Assembly (NCBI GenBank): GCA_002633005.1 | Contig: NMRA01000039.1 | Span: forward strand, 427,225-491,224 | Direction of reading: 5' to 3' | Length of the DNA: 64,000 bases | Origin: Phoronis australis | Taxonomy: Eukaryota; Animalia; Phoronida | Shown: positions 62,001-64,000 of the stretch, one piece after another | Layout of the letters: the number at the start of each line of letters is the position of its first letter | How positions within the stretch are numbered: the stretch's first letter is position 1 | The notes under the pieces: generated by a model | Seen by the model: only the letters and a program-made list of their open reading frames with translations | Databases searched by the model: none | What the model was told of the DNA's origin: nothing | Position numbers and translations under genes: made by a program

Positions 62001-63958
62001 ACTGTAAGGTGGCACCACCAGGCCACCACCTACCTCCAACAGCCACTGTAAGGTGGCACCACCAGGCCACCACCTACCTCCAACAACTGTTGAGCTCGTA
62101 GCTCCCTCTCCATCCTCATTTCTTCCTGACGCTGCTGCTTCTCGCGCTGACGCAGCTGCTTGAAACGTTCCTTCTGTTTCAGACGCTCTTGCTCTGTACG
62201 ACGAAAGCCACATTAAGAACTTACATGCAAGTCCATCAAGCATATTTTAGCCTCTTACTGACTGGATATTTGAAGCAGCAAGAAGTTGGAACTATTTTAT
62301 GCAACCAGCTTTTTGGCATTCCTATTACACAGTCAACAATGTCTGCCAAAGACAGAATTAAGTAATGATGAAGTTCATATTTACAGACATATGCATACAC
62401 GTCTGAAAGTTTTGCAAGACTACCACCTACACCATGAAAGGCAAAAAACCTCAATAAAAAGGTTACAAACAGCTAAAAGGTGGAAAAGATGTCACACGTG
62501 ACCAACAGGACATCGAGTTTAAGGCAATTACCACAGATGGTCACATGACAATTGAAAATTGGATGAAAGTCAATGAAAATTTTAAAATTGACACATCTAA
62601 ACTTTGGTAAGTTTATCATTCGTCTCATTTTGCATCCTTTGGAAACAGTCACATTTACACAATATTTGTAAATAATACTAACACCTTCATTAAAGTTGAT
62701 GATCATTTTGTCCTAACGTAAGACTTAAATCTATAGTGTCAAAATTATCAGAATGAGGGTGGTTTTTTGATTATAATGACATAACATCTCAGGGAGTTGC
62801 AGTGAGAACCAAGTCAGACGTCACATGACTTACAGTGTCGTCTGCTCTCACCTTTGATTATTTTGTCATAACATATCACTTAAAAGTAATATTAACATGA
62901 TGAAAAGAAAGTGTCAAACCTACAAGGTAAGGATATTTTTTTGAATATGATAGAGTCACGTGATCACGTGACTCCCACAGTGTCGTCTGCTCTCACCTCT
63001 CATCAGCTTCACCTTGGCCTTCTCCTTCCTCCTCATCTCGCGCTCGCCCTTCTTCTTCTGCCGCTGCTCCATCGCAAACTTGGCTATCTCCTGCTGCTCA
63101 ATCTTTTTGGCAATCTTTTCCTGTGCCGCCATCTTGGCAGCCTCTTTCTTCTTCTGCTGAGTCCGCTTGACAGCGCGCCGCTGCGCTGGCCGGCGCTGGA
63201 TGGCAGCACTCAGCAGTGTCTGCACTTCCTGCTCCGAGAGCGAGATCATGCCCTGAGCACAAAGACAGGTCAAGTTGTTAGTGCCACTTGCAGATTAACT
63301 TTGATCATCATCAGATATTATACAAATGTTGTCCGATCCTGAGAGTGATATTCGACCCGGGCAATGCTGCTCTCTTTCAATCCACAAAAGCTGATATCAC
63401 CCTCAAGATCAATCTATATTTGTTCCAATCGTCTAATGGTACCAGTGATTCTTTTCTCTAATTTCTCCGTCTCTTATTAGATTGACATTTTCTAGCTACA
63501 GTGATGTATTAGCAGCATCTGCTCAAAAGCTTATGATTTCCACTAACTGTTATTGGTCAAATCATGAATAAAACAAGTCCAATTCAACCTATACTTAAAC
63601 TGTGGTGTCCACCCATTGACTTTGCAATGCGTCCATGAACTTCTCAAATTAAAAATGACTCAGCCAGGTATCTGCAAGATTCCAGTGAGCATAGCCAAAA
63701 GAAAATGCTACTCAAGTAACAGCGAGTTATAATTTTTAAGCAAATAATTACAGAAAACAAAACAAAACAAAAATAAAGCCACAGCAGTTAAGACATACAT
63801 TTAGACTACTTCAGCACTAATACATATCTTTGAGACACGACACACATACATACATTGTTGCCGTCGTTGGACAATTCCAGGAAGTCGCCTATTCCAACTC
63901 GAGTACTGAAGTTGAAGTTCTCTCGAGTCAAATCAGTGATGCCATTTGTCGCCAGGTA
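31866..63958 (-). CDS. BAZ2B: BAZ2/toutatis-family (BAZ2B-like) bromodomain-adjacent-to-zinc-finger protein, multi-exon, 5'-truncated by the window edge
   Basis: 24 GT-AG exons with compatible phases total 4539 nt (about 1512 aa plus TGA), counting the duplicated 175-nt exon once. Motifs: TAM/MBD end (YLATNGITDLTRENFNFSTRVGIGDF), DDT (AFADALMTLEFLHNFG), WHIM1 (FQALNATDKSSCLAFLCNELL), WHIM2 (GVDRYKRRYWVLPHAGGIFVEG), WHIM3 (GWWRITDP...RGYREKHLQ), two PHD fingers, bromodomain (IKKPMDFSTL...FDNCEVFNEDDS). Recognised from memory of the family. An invertebrate copy would be co-orthologous to BAZ2A and BAZ2B. Confidence 0.95.
32347..32624. mobile_element. hAT-like MITE, family B copy 2 (last BAZ2B intron)
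   Basis: catggccgcactcag...ctgggtgcgcacatg; flanks gtttt/gtatt. Confidence 0.72.
33252..33395 (-). CDS. BAZ2B: BAZ2B-like exon, bromodomain N half
   Basis: tccag|G AGC...GT|gtaagt; 144 nt; STLSELEKHPDSKPFHMPVNCKKFPSYRKFIKKPMDFSTLKKNL. Confidence 0.93.
33427..33592. repeat. Degenerate ~20-bp tandem repeat (gacatcatcaaacagtgggtat-like), intronic
   Basis: Repeated catcatcaaa/gggtat motifs. Confidence 0.75.
33871..34136 (-). CDS. BAZ2B: BAZ2B-like exon, PHD-bromodomain linker
   Basis: tccag|TCC...TGT TG|gtatgt; 266 nt, open; SKYTYQRAKYSKARKK...STDFSIC. Confidence 0.85.
35016..35058 (-). CDS. BAZ2B: BAZ2B-like small exon, end of PHD2
   Basis: tccag|A ACT...AAG|gtaagt; 43 nt; TPRKWICGSCTGCK supplies the W-x-C-x2-C of PHD2 and restores phase. 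Confidence 0.88.
35753..35922 (-). CDS. BAZ2B: BAZ2B-like exon, end of PHD1 and most of PHD2
   Basis: ttcag|CCA...AG|gtgagt; 170 nt; PPMTDIPDGDWFCYECVSRANKVPHCVRCGKKNGRMAICNNCPVAFHIDCIDPPFQ (not in the ORF track). Confidence 0.92.
36353..36442 (-). CDS. BAZ2B: BAZ2B-like exon, PHD finger 1
   Basis: ttcag|CTG...AAG|gtgagt; 90 nt; LCQICRLDDNEAELLLCDSCDKGYHTYCFK. Confidence 0.94.
36949..37187. mobile_element. hAT-like MITE, family D copy 1
   Basis: TIR ctgggcttggaat/attccaagccctg; repeated gaggaaa; tgttgtaaaatttaactg core shared with 61610-61796. Confidence 0.7.
37968..38154 (-). CDS. BAZ2B: BAZ2B-like exon preceding PHD
   Basis: ttcag|G...GTG|gtgagt; 187 nt; ...GLAAWRQCV...SAISWEKSVMKV. Confidence 0.92.
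38408..38580 (-). CDS. BAZ2B: BAZ2B-like exon
   Basis: cgcag|GGA TGG...AAA GC|gtatgt; 173 nt; GWKLPE...RLAKLETNIERRYLKPPL. Confidence 0.9.
39107..39285 (-). CDS. BAZ2B: BAZ2B-like exon
   Basis: tctag|TG...AAG|gtaggg; 179 nt; ...LLDDVESLEERVFNASLQVK. Confidence 0.9.
39868..40026 (-). CDS. BAZ2B: BAZ2B-like exon, WHIM3
   Basis: actag|GA ATG...GAA A|gtaaga; 159 nt; MQNGWWRITDPNQFKALLRCLLSRGYREKHLQRNFQK. Confidence 0.92.
40929..42288 (-). CDS. BAZ2B: BAZ2B-like large exon, WHIM2 plus long low-complexity linker
   Basis: tttag|CAA...CAA G|gtatgt; 1360 nt; overlaps ORF 40849..42222. Confidence 0.93.
42366..43055. mobile_element. hAT-like non-autonomous element
   Basis: TIR cagggttcgta/tacaaaccctg with subterminal aaaagtaggaa repeats at both ends. 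Confidence 0.6.
43347..43526 (+). repeat. Older monomer of the same Helentron-like family, interrupted by the 43527-45030 copy
   Basis: Colinear with 44641-44820 and ends at cgtaaaaaact exactly where the next element starts. Confidence 0.65.
43527..45030 (+). mobile_element. Helentron/DINE-like non-autonomous element with internal ~150-bp monomers in ~450-bp higher-order repeats
   Basis: 5' acaagag plus hairpin caacgc-aga-gcgttg; internal repeats (44187 versus 44641, period ~454); ggac/gacg microsatellite-like tract; 3' hairpin atgcgttcacatat-aa-atatgtgggcgcat (44996-45025). Confidence 0.7.
45365..45421 (-). CDS. BAZ2B: BAZ2B-like small exon
   Basis: tttag|GAG...AAG|gtatgt; 57 nt; ENASMPVEELEKKIEKLSK. 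Confidence 0.88.
45746..45920 (-). CDS. BAZ2B: BAZ2B-like exon (second copy inside the duplication)
   Basis: Same 175-nt exon with one synonymous GAC/GAT difference; only one copy can be used in frame. Confidence 0.75.
46456..46630 (-). CDS. BAZ2B: BAZ2B-like exon (copy inside the 710-bp duplication)
   Basis: ttcag|T CTG...GAG|gtaggg; 175 nt; LKAVHAKKINKPLIAK...SDGE; same protein as 45746-45920. Confidence 0.75.
47045..47203. repeat. Minisatellite, 17-bp unit cttgggccgcaagtcta, ~9 copies
   Basis: Read directly. Confidence 0.95.
47362..47449. repeat. Tandem repeat, 10-bp unit tttataacta, ~9 copies
   Basis: Read directly; perfect copies. Confidence 0.97.
47528..47712 (-). CDS. BAZ2B: BAZ2B-like exon, WHIM1
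   Basis: tccag|CTC...CGA AA|gtaagt; 185 nt; LSTRLRTIPFQALNATDKSSCLAFLCNELL...KWSVEGKLR. Confidence 0.92.
48397..48504 (-). CDS. BAZ2B: BAZ2B-like exon
   Basis: tgcag|GCG...GAG|gttaat; 108 nt; ATTKLNQKIGDVDINDDNVSEVLRIFMEARNGKADE. Confidence 0.88.
49322..49573 (-). CDS. BAZ2B: BAZ2B-like exon, DDT domain
   Basis: aacag|GAC...GAG|gtaggc; 252 nt; DLPKLDRIPGVKLAGRAFADALMTLEFLHNFG...DPGVPNPKE. Confidence 0.92.
50153..50293 (-). CDS. BAZ2B: BAZ2B-like exon preceding DDT
   Basis: tacag|GAG...AAG|gtgagc; 141 nt; ERERMREEK...EMKRPVDDLRVKDCK. Confidence 0.9.
50584..50649 (-). CDS. BAZ2B: BAZ2B-like exon
   Basis: aacag|GAA...GAG|gtgggt; 66 nt; ERERRRQHLLLLKALEARKKLE. Confidence 0.9.
52683..52910. 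mobile_element. PIF/Harbinger-like MITE next to the 42-nt exon
   Basis: TIR gggatgcattccgtaa / ttacggaacgcacccc. Confidence 0.65.
52950..52991 (-). CDS. BAZ2B: BAZ2B-like candidate alternative microexon
   Basis: gctgcctag|GAA...TTG|gtacgt; 42 nt, phase 0/0; ERERRKHMLLMVGL resembles the next exon. Confidence 0.65.
53586..53697. repeat. Tandem repeat, 37-bp unit, 3 perfect copies
   Basis: ttcaaagtatcgtctgcttgtaactatggcacacaac at 53586, 53623, 53660. Confidence 0.95.
55981..56025 (-). CDS. BAZ2B: BAZ2B-like small exon
   Basis: tacag|GAA...CAG|gtaatg; 45 nt; ERELKRQQAMMLKEQ. Confidence 0.85.
56298..56634. mobile_element. Kolobok-like MITE, family C copy 3 (intronic)
   Basis: agctgcgtttt...gaaatgcagct; shared core aattcacaattttaaggttggtcaaccacaataaaccctg. 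Confidence 0.7.
57664..57729 (-). CDS. BAZ2B: BAZ2B-like exon
   Basis: tgcag|GCT...AAG|gtttgt; 66 nt; AKKRRKEELQNQKYAEAMKKAK. Confidence 0.85.
61610..61796. mobile_element. hAT-like MITE, family D copy 2
   Basis: cagggc...attccaagacctg; flanks cacaat/cacaag. Confidence 0.7.
61955..62085. repeat. Tandem repeat, 44-bp unit, 3 copies, overlapping a BAZ2B splice donor
   Basis: aggtggcaccaccagg at 61963, 62007, 62051; each unit contains cctacctccaa. Confidence 0.93.
62078..62193 (-). CDS. BAZ2B: BAZ2B-like exon, coiled coil
   Basis: tacag|AG CAA...GAG|gtaggt; 116 nt; EQERLKQKERFKQLRQREKQQRQEEMRMERELRAQQLLE. Confidence 0.9.
62997..63252 (-). CDS. BAZ2B: BAZ2B-like exon, basic coiled coil
   Basis: ctcag|GGC...AGA G|gtgaga; 256 nt; GMISLSEQEVQ...KAKVKLMR; within ORF 62956..63273. 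Confidence 0.9.
63307..63440. repeat. Decayed palindromic element of similar type (intronic)
   Basis: gatcctgagagtgatat / atatcaccctcaagatc arms plus outer catcaga..acaaat / atttgt..tctaatg. Confidence 0.5.
63854..63958 (-). CDS. BAZ2B: BAZ2B-like exon, C-terminal part of TAM/MBD domain
   Basis: ttccag|TAC...AAT|gtatgt; 105 nt; YLATNGITDLTRENFNFSTRVGIGDFLELSNDGNN. Confidence 0.9.
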
Positions 63959-64000
63959 CTGGAAATGACCAACCAAGCGTTACTTTAAAGTCATCTCATA

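Overview
Eukaryotic (animal) genomic DNA, AT-rich, with spliceosomal GT-AG introns and small N gaps. An invertebrate is inferred, but the species cannot be determined from the sequence. The right half (31.9-64 kb, minus strand) holds the 3' part of a BAZ2/toutatis (BAZ2B-like) chromatin-remodelling gene. I hand-assembled 24 exons whose phases join into about 1512 codons: end of the TAM/MBD domain, coiled coil, DDT, WHIM1, WHIM2/3, two PHD fingers and a bromodomain. Its 5' end lies beyond the window. The left half is CpG-rich intergenic DNA with one intronless ORF for an unrecognised single-pass membrane protein (10986-11657, minus) and many transposon relics. The most informative relic is a 1.44-kb internally deleted Kolobok-type DNA transposon (6293-7731). 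It has ~157-bp TIRs and a (C/T)TAA target site. It keeps the THAP-domain 5' end of the transposase on one strand and a Cys-rich KolX/P2X7-ballast-like 5' end on the other, joined tail to tail. Other items: a 164-bp palindrome with ordered GA/GA and TC/TC internal loops; a Helentron-like element whose tandem monomers each carry a CTCF-like motif; hAT-like MITEs with apparent 5- and 6-bp TSDs; a candidate 42-nt microexon; duplicated splice donors; and a 710-bp duplication that is probably an assembly artefact. No prokaryotic system, CRISPR array or rRNA is present. I cannot claim a wholly new biological system from the sequence alone.
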